Positions 1 to 9,336 of a DNA stretch of 29,780 nucleotides are shown piece after piece. The translations under genes were made by a program, and so were the position numbers. Origin of the DNA: an uncultured delta proteobacterium. GTDB lineage: Bacteria > Desulfobacterota > Syntrophobacteria > Syntrophobacterales > Syntrophobacteraceae. The stretch's first letter is position 1. Each line of letters begins with the position of its first letter. The stretch covers positions 1 through 29,780 of the forward strand of contig CAWEHK010000007.1 of the NCBI GenBank assembly GCA_963808625.1, read 5' to 3'. The notes below the pieces were generated by a model. The model did no database searches. It saw only the letters and a program-made list of their open reading frames with translations, and had not been told where the DNA came from.

Positions 1-2391
1 ATCCTGCTCACCTATTTTGGCTATGAACACTTCCGCGGTCATCAGGAAGAGATCATCAATCAGGTGATATCCGCCGGGATGCCCTGGTCCTGATGCCGAC
101 GGGCAGCGGAAAATCAATCGTCTACCAGATCCCGGCGATGATCCGCCCTGGCGTGGGCGTCGTGATTTCACCATTGATCGCACTGATGCAGGACCAGGTT
201 GATGCGGTCACGCAGCTCGGGATTCGAGCAGCATTCCTCAACTCCACTTTGAGCTCGGAGAAGCCCGTGCAGTGGAACGGAAGGTGCTCTCCGGTGACCT
301 GGATCTTCTCTACGTGGCGCCGGAGCGCTTCATGATGCCCGATTTCCAGACGCTCCTCGGCCAATCCCAGGTGGCTCTTTTTGCCATCGATGAGGCTCAC
401 TGCGTGTCCCAGTGGGGGCATGACTTCCGGCCCGAGTATCTGCAGCTCTCGATCCTCCCGGAACGCTTTCCGGAAATCCCCCGCATTGCGGTTACGGCCA
501 CGGCCGACCTAGTGACGCGAAAGGAAATCATCGAGAAGCTCAAGCTCGAGAAGGCCGGGCAATTCATTTCGAGCCTCGACCGCGCCAATCTGTACTATCG
601 TGTGGAACTGAAGGAAAACGAGAAGGCCCAGCTGCTGAACTTCCTTCGGACGGAACATCCGCACGATTCCGGGATCGTCTACTGCCTCAGCCGGAGGAGG
701 GTCGATGTCATTGCCGAATGGCTCGCGGGGAAAGGTTTTACGGCGCTCCCCTACCACGCGGGAATGGAGAAGGAACTGCGCCTCAAGCACCAGCAGCGCT
801 TTCTCCGGGAGGAAGGGGTCGTCATCGTTGCCACCATCGCTTTTGGCATGGGCATTGATAAACCCGATGTCCGGTTTGTGGCTCACCTGGACCTTCCCAA
901 GACCCTCGATGCTACTACCAGGAAACGGGTCGTGCCGGCCGCGACGGCGAGAAAGCCGATGCCTGGATGCTGTATGGTCTGGGGGACGTCGTTACGCTCC
1001 GGCAGATGCTGGCGGCTTCCGAAGGAGACGAGCAGTTCAAGCGCATCCAGCAACGCAAGATGGAAGCCATGCTTGGTTTCTGCGAGATGACCCGGTGCCG
1101 GAGGCAGGTGCTCCTCGCCTATTTCGGCGAGGACCTGCCGGAGCCCTGCGGGAATTGCGACACCTGCGCCGGCAAGGTCGAGACCCGGGATGGAACGATT
1201 GTGGCGCAGAAGGCCCTCTCCTGTGTCTACCGTACCGGGCAGCTTTTTGGGGCCGGCTATCTCACCGACGTTCTTCTGGGAAAAGATGACGAGCGCATCC
1301 GCCGCTTCGGCCACGATAAGGTGTCAACCTTCGGTATCGGGAAAGAGCTCTCCGAGCGGGAGTGGAAATCGGTATTCCGCCAGCTTGTGGCCGCCGGGCT
1401 CATCAGCGTCGATCTCGAGGGCAAGGGAGGATTCCGCCTGGCGCCGAGGGCCTGGCCGGTCCTGAGAGGAGAGGAAAAGTTCGAGCTCCGAAAAGACCCT
1501 GTGGCGCCCAAGCCCGAGAGGAAGCCAACGATCAGGCCGGAGCGGGAAAGGCCTGGCCTGCCATCCGCTCCCATGTCCGGAGAGCTCTGGGAAAAGCTGC
1601 GCTCGCTGCGCCTCGAAATTGCGAGGAACCAGGGTATTGCACCCTTCATTATCTTTCACGACAGCACTCTACGGGAGATGATCAGGACCCTTCCGCGAAC
1701 CATCGAGGAGATGGGCGAAATTTCGGGCATCGGTGAGAGAAAGCTGGAACGATACGGCGAGCAGTTCATGGCGCTGATCTTGGATTACCTGAAGGAGCAG
1801 CCCGCACCGTCTTTTGAAAAAGGACCGGATGCCGGTGATCGAGCGGGACCCGCCGCACTCGAACTTCATCTCGAGCGCGAACCGATGCATGGAAGTCCCG
1901 AGCAGCAAAAAGCCGAGATAATTCGCCCTATCAAAGAGGGCAAACCGAGCTCGAATGAAATTGTTGGGCAGGTTGGAGTGTCCAGGCCAACCATATGGGC
2001 GTACAAGGCTCACGTGACCATGGGAACGTACGGGAGCGATGGGGAAAGCGAAGCCGCTGATCCCGATGAGAATTCACTCGGGATTGCACATCCGCTTTCA
2101 ACTCCGGACAGTGCGGTAGAGCAAATCCCATATGACAAGCTGCCGTTGGCTGGATTTAAAGAGCTGGTTGACCGTCTGCCGCCCAAGAGGTCAGACGAAT
2201 CGTTCACGGATGAAAGGATCATCGACATCAGGAAGAAACATCCCCGAGCTTATGAACCGTGGAGCGATGAAGAAGATCGGTTGCTCATCAAATTATACAA
2301 TGAGGAGCCGAGCATTGCCGCGTTGTCGAAGATCTTCCAGAGGCAACCCGGCGCTATTACCGCCCGGATTCGAAAGCTAACCGGGGCGTGA
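1..2391 (+). CDS. recQ: ATP-dependent DNA helicase RecQ (5'-partial; three apparent 1-bp frameshifts near 73, 262 and 911)
   Basis: Joined frames give [22 protein letters not shown] (Walker A), [60 protein letters not shown] Zn cysteines (CRR...CGNCDTC) and an HRDC domain ([10 protein letters not shown]...[11 protein letters not shown]). Confidence 0.95.
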
Positions 2392-2440
2392 TGCGGCGCT
2401 TCCCCGAACCGTCCCCTCACCAACCGCCTTCCCCCCAAAA

Positions 2441-2607
2441 AGGGTGTCCAAAGAGCCCGTCTACCCCGTCACCCCGGCGTGCTCCCCGCCAAAAGCCTGC
2501 GGGGACAAGCTTTGGCCGGGTCCAGGACATTTGCAGGAGCTGGATTCCGGCTGGAAGCATGCCGGAATGACGAAATGTGAATCGTGAGAATTTTTTCGAC
2601 ACACCCT
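2441..2607. repeat. MITE-like element containing an inverted CGTC-type REP pair, one arm interrupted by a small hairpin
   Basis: Ends AGGGTGT (2441) and ACACCCT (2607) are inverted. Inside, CGTCACCCCGGCGTGCT..TTGGCCGGGTCCAG (2467-2525) is inverted relative to CTGGATTCCGGCTGGAAGCATGCCGGAATGACG (2540-2572). Confidence 0.65.
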
Positions 2608-2610
2608 GAC

Positions 2611-2714
2611 TCGTGTCCATCCGGAAACCCCATTTTGTAGGAGGGGCTTCCAGCCGAGATCGGGGCTGGAAGCCCCTCCTACAAAACAAGGCGCCACTTT
2701 CCGGATGAGAATTA
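2611..2714. repeat. GTAG-type REP/REPIN-like element, copy 1
   Basis: Long hairpin TTTTGTAGGAGGGGCTTCCAGCC..GGCTGGAAGCCCCTCCTACAAAA inside outer IRs CATCCGGAAA..TTTCCGGATG. An inverted homologous copy lies at 22731-22835. Confidence 0.85.
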
Positions 2715-2800
2715 ACTCGCATCCGTCGATGAAGTGGGTTTGGCGATCGATCATCGATCGACCTGGCTGAACATTCCCTATAATTAGACTGAAGTGTGAG

Positions 2801-2854
2801 ATCGGCAGATTTTCGGATGATTCCGGCGAACCATCGGATGATTATCGGATGATT
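2801..2854. repeat. Short tandem repeat with ~11-bp period, unit (A)TCGGATGATT
   Basis: TCGGATGATT at 2813, 2834 and 2845; degenerate TCGGCAGATT at 2802. Confidence 0.75.
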
Positions 2855-2988
2855 TGCTCATCGGCAGGGCCTTCCCGCAATATGTAAACGGTCCCGCGCC
2901 CCGAGCCCCGGCGCATGAGAAGCCCCTGTTTGACCACGTGCATCAAGTCTCAGTGGGCAGTATCCCTGACGCCATTCAGGGTCTCTTG
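2842..2988 (-). pseudogene. Remnant of a C-terminal winged-helix domain of the kind found on Fic or AlbA/HATPase-type regulators
   Basis: Minus strand reads QETLNGVRDTAH*DLMHVVKQGLLMRRGSGRGTVYILREGPADEQIIR*. This fits the TAxRDLxxLxxxGLLxxxGxGRxTxY wHTH pattern, with TGA (2950-2952) where Arg (CGA) is expected. No start or upstream domains remain. Confidence 0.6.
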
Positions 2989-3114
2989 TCAGACTTGTCC
3001 TTGACAGCATCCAGGGTGCGTGCTAGTCGGGAAACGGTGCAACACAATTGCTTATCACCAGGCTCATCCGGTGGTATTGCCGATGCCAACGACTTGAATG
3101 TTCATCCAAAATCG

Positions 3115-3962
3115 ATGCGGCGAAGTTTCTGGCAACAAGTAGTCATCCTCCAAGCCAAAATGATCAGTCATCTGTACTGTTGCCTGGTTGGTCAAGAAAT
3201 CAGAAGGCGCCGCCGCAGCAAACGGTTCAACCATTTTATCGAACCGGCACAATGCGTCGCGATTCTGGCACCGCACATGGATGACGAAATAATCGGTTGC
3301 GCGGGTCTGATGCATCGTTATGTACAGCAGGGAACCCGGGTGATGATTGTCTATCTCACCGATGGTGCCCACGCCCTGAGGGGGAAGAGTGGAAAGGGCG
3401 CAACCGGCAACGGCTTCAAGAGAGTGAGCGTGCCACTAATTTCTTCGGGATTCGGGATCGTTTCCTGTTGCAGCAACCCGACGGAGCTCTCAGCGCAGAT
3501 TCATCGGCAGGGCTTCAGCTGGCGTCCATTTTTCATCGTGAGCGACCACAGATCGTCTTTCTCCCCTATCCGTGTGATCCTCATTCGGATCATCGTCAGA
3601 CATTCCTGATCATGAAAGATATTATCCGGCAGGGCAAACTCGATGTGTCCGCGTTCTTCTATCAGGTTCGCGCTCCTATACCCGTCAGGCTGATCAGCAC
3701 GATACTCGATATTTCGCCATCCGCAGCCTTGAAAAAACGGGCGCTGGGCTGCTTTGCTTCGCAGGACCAGATGGATTTCAACCTGTTGCTGCATTTGCAG
3801 CGATGTCAGGGTTATCTCCTGGGGTGGAAGCCAAGGCTGGTAGAGGTCTTTGCCCGCGTCGAGGCTGCAGCCTGGCAGTGGTCCCCGGCGTATTTATCCA
3901 ATAACGGCAGGCAAATTTCAGGCCATCGCCATGTTCCATTCTATGCGCTGACGGGCAGTTAA
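3115..3962 (+). CDS. PIG-L/LmbE family de-N-acetylase (frameshift in G5 run at 3380-3384)
   Basis: LAPHMDDEIIGCAG (HxDD), VYLTDG, R...QES, PDG and DPHSDH motifs across two frames; one added G restores LRGEEW. Alternative start at 3160. Confidence 0.88.
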
Positions 3963-4045
3963 ACCCGTTAAGGATTGGAAGTTGCTGGCTCGCTTGTTTG
4001 CGGTTTCTGTTGTCAATGAGAGATTTTGAATTGAGGGTTTTCGAG

Positions 4046-4705
4046 ATGTTTTCAAAAGGAGCCGCGAACCGATGGTTGCTCAGCCTCTACGAAAGGCTGC
4101 TCGATGCGACGCTGTCGAATCGCGTGCCGGGGCGTCTGCGCGGATTCCTGTATCGGAGCTGTTTTGAACTCCTTTATCTGGCGGGAGATCCGTGGCAGTA
4201 TGAAACCAGCGGGTACGAAAGGACCAAGTACCTGCAAATCCTGGCTGGTTTGGGAGGGGAACGACCCCGGCGGGTTCTGGATGCCGGTTGCAGTATTGGG
4301 ATTTTCACCGAACTTTTGGCGGAGCGCGTGGAATCCCTGGAGGCGTTTGACTTTTCATGGGTGGCAATCGGTCGGGCGAAGAAACGATGCCGCTGCCACC
4401 AAAACATAACCTTCCACCAGACCGATTTCTTTCGCTTTGACCCGAAGCAGCCTTTCGACGTCATTGTTTGTTCGGAAATCTTTTACTATTTCTGGGAACC
4501 CTTCCGCCTGCGGGTGCAAATGCGGCAGAAACTGCTGGATTGGCTGGCCGAGGGGGGCAGGCTCATCATCGTTTGGGGCGGGACGCGCCTGGACCTGGAC
4601 CTCGATTCCTTCTTGGCGCAAACGCCCCGTTTGCGTCTTCTCGCTTCAAAGCACTATTGCGATCGTCACCGGGATTATCGGATCTCGACTTTTCAAAGGC
4701 AATGA
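4046..4705 (+). CDS. Class I SAM-dependent methyltransferase, NodS-like
   Basis: DPWQYETSGYERTKY (NodS-type N-terminus), VLDAGCSIG motif I, FDVIVCSEIFYY. GAGGG lies 8 nt before ATG 4046. Confidence 0.85.
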   Translation: MFSKGAANRWLLSLYERLLDATLSNRVPGRLRGFLYRSCFELLYLAGDPWQYETSGYERTKYLQILAGLGGERPRRVLDAGCSIGIFTELLAERVESLEAFDFSWVAIGRAKKRCRCHQNITFHQTDFFRFDPKQPFDVIVCSEIFYYFWEPFRLRVQMRQKLLDWLAEGGRLIIVWGGTRLDLDLDSFLAQTPRLRLLASKHYCDRHRDYRISTFQRQ

Positions 4706-4787
4706 ACTGTTTCGACCAGTGCCTGCCCCTGTGGTTGCGTAGCCAGTTTACGGTCGAGGTGTTTTCAGGGATTACTCGACGCCAGGG

Positions 4788-5780
4788 ATGGAATCCCTGG
4801 AGAGCTTGGACCCTTGCATGCAGGTAGATATCGTCTATCTCTGGGTGGATGGTTCAGCTCCCGGCTTCAAAAAAAAGCTGAGGCTGCGCCTGGGGTCATC
4901 TCCTTCGGTCGAGTCCGCCGACCGGAACGGAATCCATCGCTTTCGGAACAATCAGGAGTTGCTCTTCTCCTTGCGTTCGGTCCGCCGGTTTGTCCCCTGG
5001 GTGCGCAAGATTCATCTGGTAACGGATGGCACCTATCCCTCCTGGCTCGACGGTCATCACGAAAAAATCAACCTGGTGACTCATCGCCAGATTTTTCATC
5101 GCCGAGAGGATTTGCCGGTATTCAACTCCAATGCTATTGAGATGAACTTGCACCGCATTCCGGGCCTGGCCAAGAAATTCCTCTACTTTAACGATGATCT
5201 CTTCCTGGGGCGTCCGCTTCGGCTCGAGGACTTTCTGACCAGTACGGGCAGCCATATTTTCTATCTCGAGCCGAACGTCCTGCATCGGGATCCGGATTGC
5301 GGGCCGGTTCATGATCGCGCCTATGCTTACACGCAAAAACTGGTACGGGACCGATGGAACGGGGTCGCGCTCCCCTATCTTCCAGCCCATTGCCCACAAC
5401 TCTACGACCGGGACCATCTCTTTCACCTGGAGCGACTTTTTCAGGAGGCATTCGAAAGAACCAGAGCGCATCCGTTTCGTTCACCTGAGGACCTGGTGTT
5501 GCGGATACTCTACTGTGCTTTCCTGCTATCTGATGAGGAGCGGGATAAAAGGCATCACAGCCGGTTGCTGACGTGGGGTGGTCCGGATTATTCGTTTATA
5601 AGCATGGAGAAAAAAACAATCGCTATGGTGCGTGCCTTTACCCATGTTATGTGGAGACGACCTAAATTCATCTGCATCAATGACGATCTCGGTGATTCTA
5701 CAAAAGACCGTTTTCTTCTGAAATTGGAAAAGCTTGTCCTCAACCTGCTGTATCCACAAAAATCCTGTTTTGAAAAATAA
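4788..5780 (+). CDS. Stealth family sugar-1-phosphate transferase
   Basis: CR1 VDIVYLWVDG; CR2 RFRNNQELLFSLRSV...FNSNAIEMNLHRIPGL..KFLYFNDD; CR3 HCPQLY...HPFRS; CR4 FICINDD. The start may be 4818. Confidence 0.93.
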   Translation: MESLESLDPCMQVDIVYLWVDGSAPGFKKKLRLRLGSSPSVESADRNGIHRFRNNQELLFSLRSVRRFVPWVRKIHLVTDGTYPSWLDGHHEKINLVTHRQIFHRREDLPVFNSNAIEMNLHRIPGLAKKFLYFNDDLFLGRPLRLEDFLTSTGSHIFYLEPNVLHRDPDCGPVHDRAYAYTQKLVRDRWNGVALPYLPAHCPQLYDRDHLFHLERLFQEAFERTRAHPFRSPEDLVLRILYCAFLLSDEERDKRHHSRLLTWGGPDYSFISMEKKTIAMVRAFTHVMWRRPKFICINDDLGDSTKDRFLLKLEKLVLNLLYPQKSCFEK

Positions 5781-5807
5781 CTGCGGTTGCCTCGCCGTGA
5801 TCCTTAT

Positions 5808-6713
5808 CTACTCGTCCTCGAAGAGGAACAGCCCATGTTCGACACGTTTCGCGGCCGTCTTCGAGATTTTCGCGCCAAGCTCGCCGTTGCTCAGGACAGG
5901 TCTTCCCGAGTATCCCAATTCCTGGAGAAAAGTAAATATCTCTTCACATTCGTATCCGTATCTTTCAGTCCACCTTCGCTCAATTTCGAGCACAAGTGAA
6001 GGTCTCTGCTCGCGAAGCACACGGCACCCACCGTGCAATACCTTTAATTCCAACCCTTCGACGTCGCACTTGATAACTCGTGCGTCCGCAATCTCCTTTT
6101 CTCTACAGTAGACATCGATGGTTGTCGTCGGGACACGAACGCGGCGTGCCATCGTCTCATTCTTATTGCCCACTGCATGGCTCCACTGCCCGCTCGAGAT
6201 CATGACCATGCTGCCGCACGCTTCCGCAACAGCCACGTTGTTCAGGACGATCCGGTGCGAAAGCTCACTCGCTTCAACGCCGAGCGCCAGGCCTCGGAAA
6301 ATCTCCGGCACCGGTTCGAAAGCATGCACGCTTGCCCTGGCTGATGACTTTGCCGTCGCCATGGCGTAGTAGCCGAGATTGGCACCTATGTCGAGGAATG
6401 AACCTCCGTCTTTGAGCCTGTTCAGGCATATCCTGACCCCTCCGGTTTCCCATAACCCGCTCTTCTCCACTCCCCACAGCTTACCACTGCTTACGCGCGG
6501 ATCGAACCACAGGTAAAAACCTGGAACGGTCCGGACAAACACATTTCCGGAATCGACCAGAAGGGGCCTGAGCCCCTGGTTGATGCTCAATTCCTTGCAG
6601 CGGCCAACCAGGTCGGCCAGTTCCAGCTCAGCCAGCACTGAGGGATGATTATGGTATCGCCATTTTCTAATGCGGGAGAGCAACTTGTGCAAAAGCGCAG
6701 AAGAAGTATCCAT
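5808..6713 (-). CDS. FkbM family methyltransferase
   Basis: FLDIGANLGYY, VHAFEPVP, TTTID, IKCDVEGLELKVLHG; GGGAGG RBS upstream. Confidence 0.92.
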   Translation of the reverse strand: MDTSSALLHKLLSRIRKWRYHNHPSVLAELELADLVGRCKELSINQGLRPLLVDSGNVFVRTVPGFYLWFDPRVSSGKLWGVEKSGLWETGGVRICLNRLKDGGSFLDIGANLGYYAMATAKSSARASVHAFEPVPEIFRGLALGVEASELSHRIVLNNVAVAEACGSMVMISSGQWSHAVGNKNETMARRVRVPTTTIDVYCREKEIADARVIKCDVEGLELKVLHGGCRVLREQRPSLVLEIERRWTERYGYECEEIFTFLQELGYSGRPVLSNGELGAKISKTAAKRVEHGLFLFEDE

Positions 6714-6781
6714 GCTTCACTACCTCCCCAGCCATTACCATTCGACCACCAGCCGGTAAGATTGCACCACGGCAAAGCCCC

Positions 6782-7984
6782 TCAATCTCGATGGCGCGGG
6801 GAGCTTTCCATGAGATGTTCTTCCAGACCGTCAAAGACCCTCTTCCACCGGTATTTTCGTGCCGCCAGCTCCCGTGATCGGTCCCGAAAGGCTTCCCATT
6901 TTGTCCGGTCGTCCAGAAGACTCCGGATTTCCCGGGCCATCGCTGCTGCCTCTTCGGCGACTCCCAGGTCCCTTCCCGGGACAACCTCCAGACCCTCCGC
7001 ACCGATCGGTGTGGTCACCGTGGGAAGGCCCCGGTACATGGCCTCGATCACTTTGACCTTCATGCCGCTGCCAAACCGGAGAGGAGCGACAAAGACGCGA
7101 CTCTTCGCATAATAAGCTTCGATGGCATCGACAAAACCCATCAGGTGAATGTCCTTGTGGTCGGCCACCAGTCTGGGGAGTCTCCTGCCCACGTGCCTCC
7201 CCACGATATAGAACCTCAAGTCGGGCTTTTCCTTCTTCAATGCCGCCCATACCTTCTCGATAAACCAGGCCAGGCCGTCCGCATTCGGCTCCCAATCCAG
7301 CGTGCCGACGGCGAGCAAAGCCTCTTCGGTGCTTTCGAATTCAAGCCTGGGAAGGTTGAGGAGCGCCTCGTTGCCAAGATGCAGGGTTTCCTCCAGGCGC
7401 GAGCGGGGGATTCCCAGCCTTGCCAGAGCTTCGATATCGTTTGGGGCCGCCAGGATGCGATGCGCCTTTTGGCCAATCACTTTCAGATAAGTGCCGATTC
7501 TCCTGGCTTCAAGAAGAATCAGTCCTCTTTTCAACAAATTCTGTTCGATTTTGGCGTAACGTTCCCAGACAAGGTACTCGGCATTGTGTTCATGCACGAT
7601 CACCCTGCCGGAAAAACAGGGTGGAACGTACTGGAACATCAGGTACGAATCCACGAAAAGCACCTCATAAAGCGGCGCGATGCTTGCCACATGCTTCCTG
7701 AAAGTGGGAGAATAGTTTCGGTAGACCGTCAGGGGCACCCGCCGCACGTAGCACCTGATGAGATTTGCGGCATTTCTTGCACGGCTGAGCGACTCCGCAT
7801 AAAAGGAGGTAACCTTGATCCTGGACAGAAGCGGTGCCTGCCAGCGCAGGTCTTCAGGGGGACCGAGGGCGGCGATGGCGAGATCGTGGCGTGCCGCGAG
7901 GTACTCGACGAGCTTCCAGCGTTTGATCGACCCGCCGCTGATGGGGGGATAGGGCAATTTGTGGCTGAGAAAAAGGATTTTCAT
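6782..7984 (-). CDS. GT4 glycosyltransferase resembling those of PEP-CTERM/EPS loci
   Basis: MKILFLSHKLPYPPISGG, HEHNAE, GTLDWEPNADG, VFVAPLRFGSGMKVKVIEAM, TTPIGAEG. Confidence 0.92.
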   Translation of the reverse strand: MKILFLSHKLPYPPISGGSIKRWKLVEYLAARHDLAIAALGPPEDLRWQAPLLSRIKVTSFYAESLSRARNAANLIRCYVRRVPLTVYRNYSPTFRKHVASIAPLYEVLFVDSYLMFQYVPPCFSGRVIVHEHNAEYLVWERYAKIEQNLLKRGLILLEARRIGTYLKVIGQKAHRILAAPNDIEALARLGIPRSRLEETLHLGNEALLNLPRLEFESTEEALLAVGTLDWEPNADGLAWFIEKVWAALKKEKPDLRFYIVGRHVGRRLPRLVADHKDIHLMGFVDAIEAYYAKSRVFVAPLRFGSGMKVKVIEAMYRGLPTVTTPIGAEGLEVVPGRDLGVAEEAAAMAREIRSLLDDRTKWEAFRDRSRELAARKYRWKRVFDGLEEHLMESSPRHRD

Positions 7985-7987
7985 GTC

Positions 7988-9144
7988 ATGAAACCGAAGA
8001 AGGTCCTCATGGTCCAACCAACTCTCCAGCCTCCCGGAGGTGGCAATGCCGTCACTGCGCGTGGATCCTCGAGGCCCTCAAGGACGACCATGACCTGACG
8101 GTGCTGTCTCTGTGCCCCGTCGATCTGGCTTCGATCAACCGGCACTACGGCACGGCCTTACAGACATCCGAGCTTACCTGCCGTCTTGCCTGGGCGAGAC
8201 TCATCCCCATCCTGGAGCGCATGATTCCCACACCGATGAGTCTGCTTAAGACTTCGCTCCTCCTTCGAGCCTGCAGGAAAATCGAAGCTGCTTACGATAT
8301 CCTGGTGACCGCCAACAATGAAACCGATTTCGGCCGCCGGGGAATCCAGTACATTCACTATCCGTGGGGTTTTCCCCGTCCCCTCGTTGATTTGCGCTGG
8401 TACCACAATCCCCTGGGGCTGGTGCGGCTCTATCATCGCTTTTGTGGGCGCCTCGCCGATTTTTCGACGCCTCGCATGAAAGGTAACGTGACCTTGGTCA
8501 ACTCCGACTGGATTAGCGGCGAGGTAAAGGCGCGTTATCCCGGGATTGCCACTCGTACAGTCTATCCTCCGGTCAGCGGGCGTTTCCCCGAGGTCCCCTG
8601 GGAGCGCAAAGAACCGGGTTTCCTTTGCATCGGTAGAATCTCACCCGAGAAGGAAATCGTCAAGGTAATCGAGGTCCTTGACCGTGTTCGCCGGCAGGTC
8701 CCCGGCCTTCATCTCCACATCGTGGGAAACCCCGATGATCCCCCGTATTTCCAGACGATTTCCAGGCTCGCAGCGACGATGGCTTCGTGGATTCACCTCG
8801 ACCTGGATCTTCCCCGGGCGTCGCTGCTCGACCTCATATCCCGCCATCGGTTCGGAATTCACGGCATGGAGGAGGAACACTTCGGGATGGCCATGGCTGA
8901 AATGATCACCGCCGGCTCCCTGGTCTTTGCTCCCGACAGCGGCGGCCAGAGAGAAATCATCGGCCAGCGCCCGGAACTGCTCTATCGTGACCCTGACGAG
9001 GCCGTGGCGAAGATCGTGCAAGTTCTTCGGTCGCCGGAGCGACAAAGTTCCTTGAGGGCGTACCTTGGCACACGAGCTGAACGCTTCAGCTGCGATCGGT
9101 TCATGGCAGAAATAAGGCAAATCGTTGCCGAGCTTGGAGCATGA
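7988..9144 (+). CDS. GT4 glycosyltransferase, ALG11-like (frameshift near 8060)
   Basis: The true N-terminus MKPKKVLMVQPTLQPPGGGNAVT joins WILEALKDDHDLTVL in the next frame. Motifs: IQYIHYP, LVNSDW, TVYPP, GRISPEK, GIHGMEEEHFGMAMAEMITAG, SGGQREI. Confidence 0.85.
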
Positions 9145-9336
9145 GGCTTGGGATGACAAAGAAGGAAAGGCGGAGATTCTTCTTGTGGTTTTTATTGCGT
9201 TATATTTATGGAGTATGCTAATTGGAAAGGGAGAGTCTGTTTTTCATTTAGGTCTCTCTCTTGAGTGGCTCTCCTTATGTTTTTTGGTCATTGAGTTTGC
9301 AGGTGCTGGCTTTCTTTTTTTTGTGGAGGGGATGCA

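Noticed and set aside
2801..2854. Possible CRISPR array
   Set aside because: Units are only 10-11 bp with no unique spacers, and there are no cas genes in the window.
2854..3114. N-terminal extension of the PIG-L ORF from TTG 2854
   Set aside because: Overlaps the antisense wHTH remnant and has no PIG-L features; ATG 3115 or 3160 is more plausible.
7145..7987. 317-aa plus-strand ORF 7145..8098
   Set aside because: Antisense shadow of the GT4 gene; only the part from 7988 is real coding sequence (start of the ALG11-like gene).
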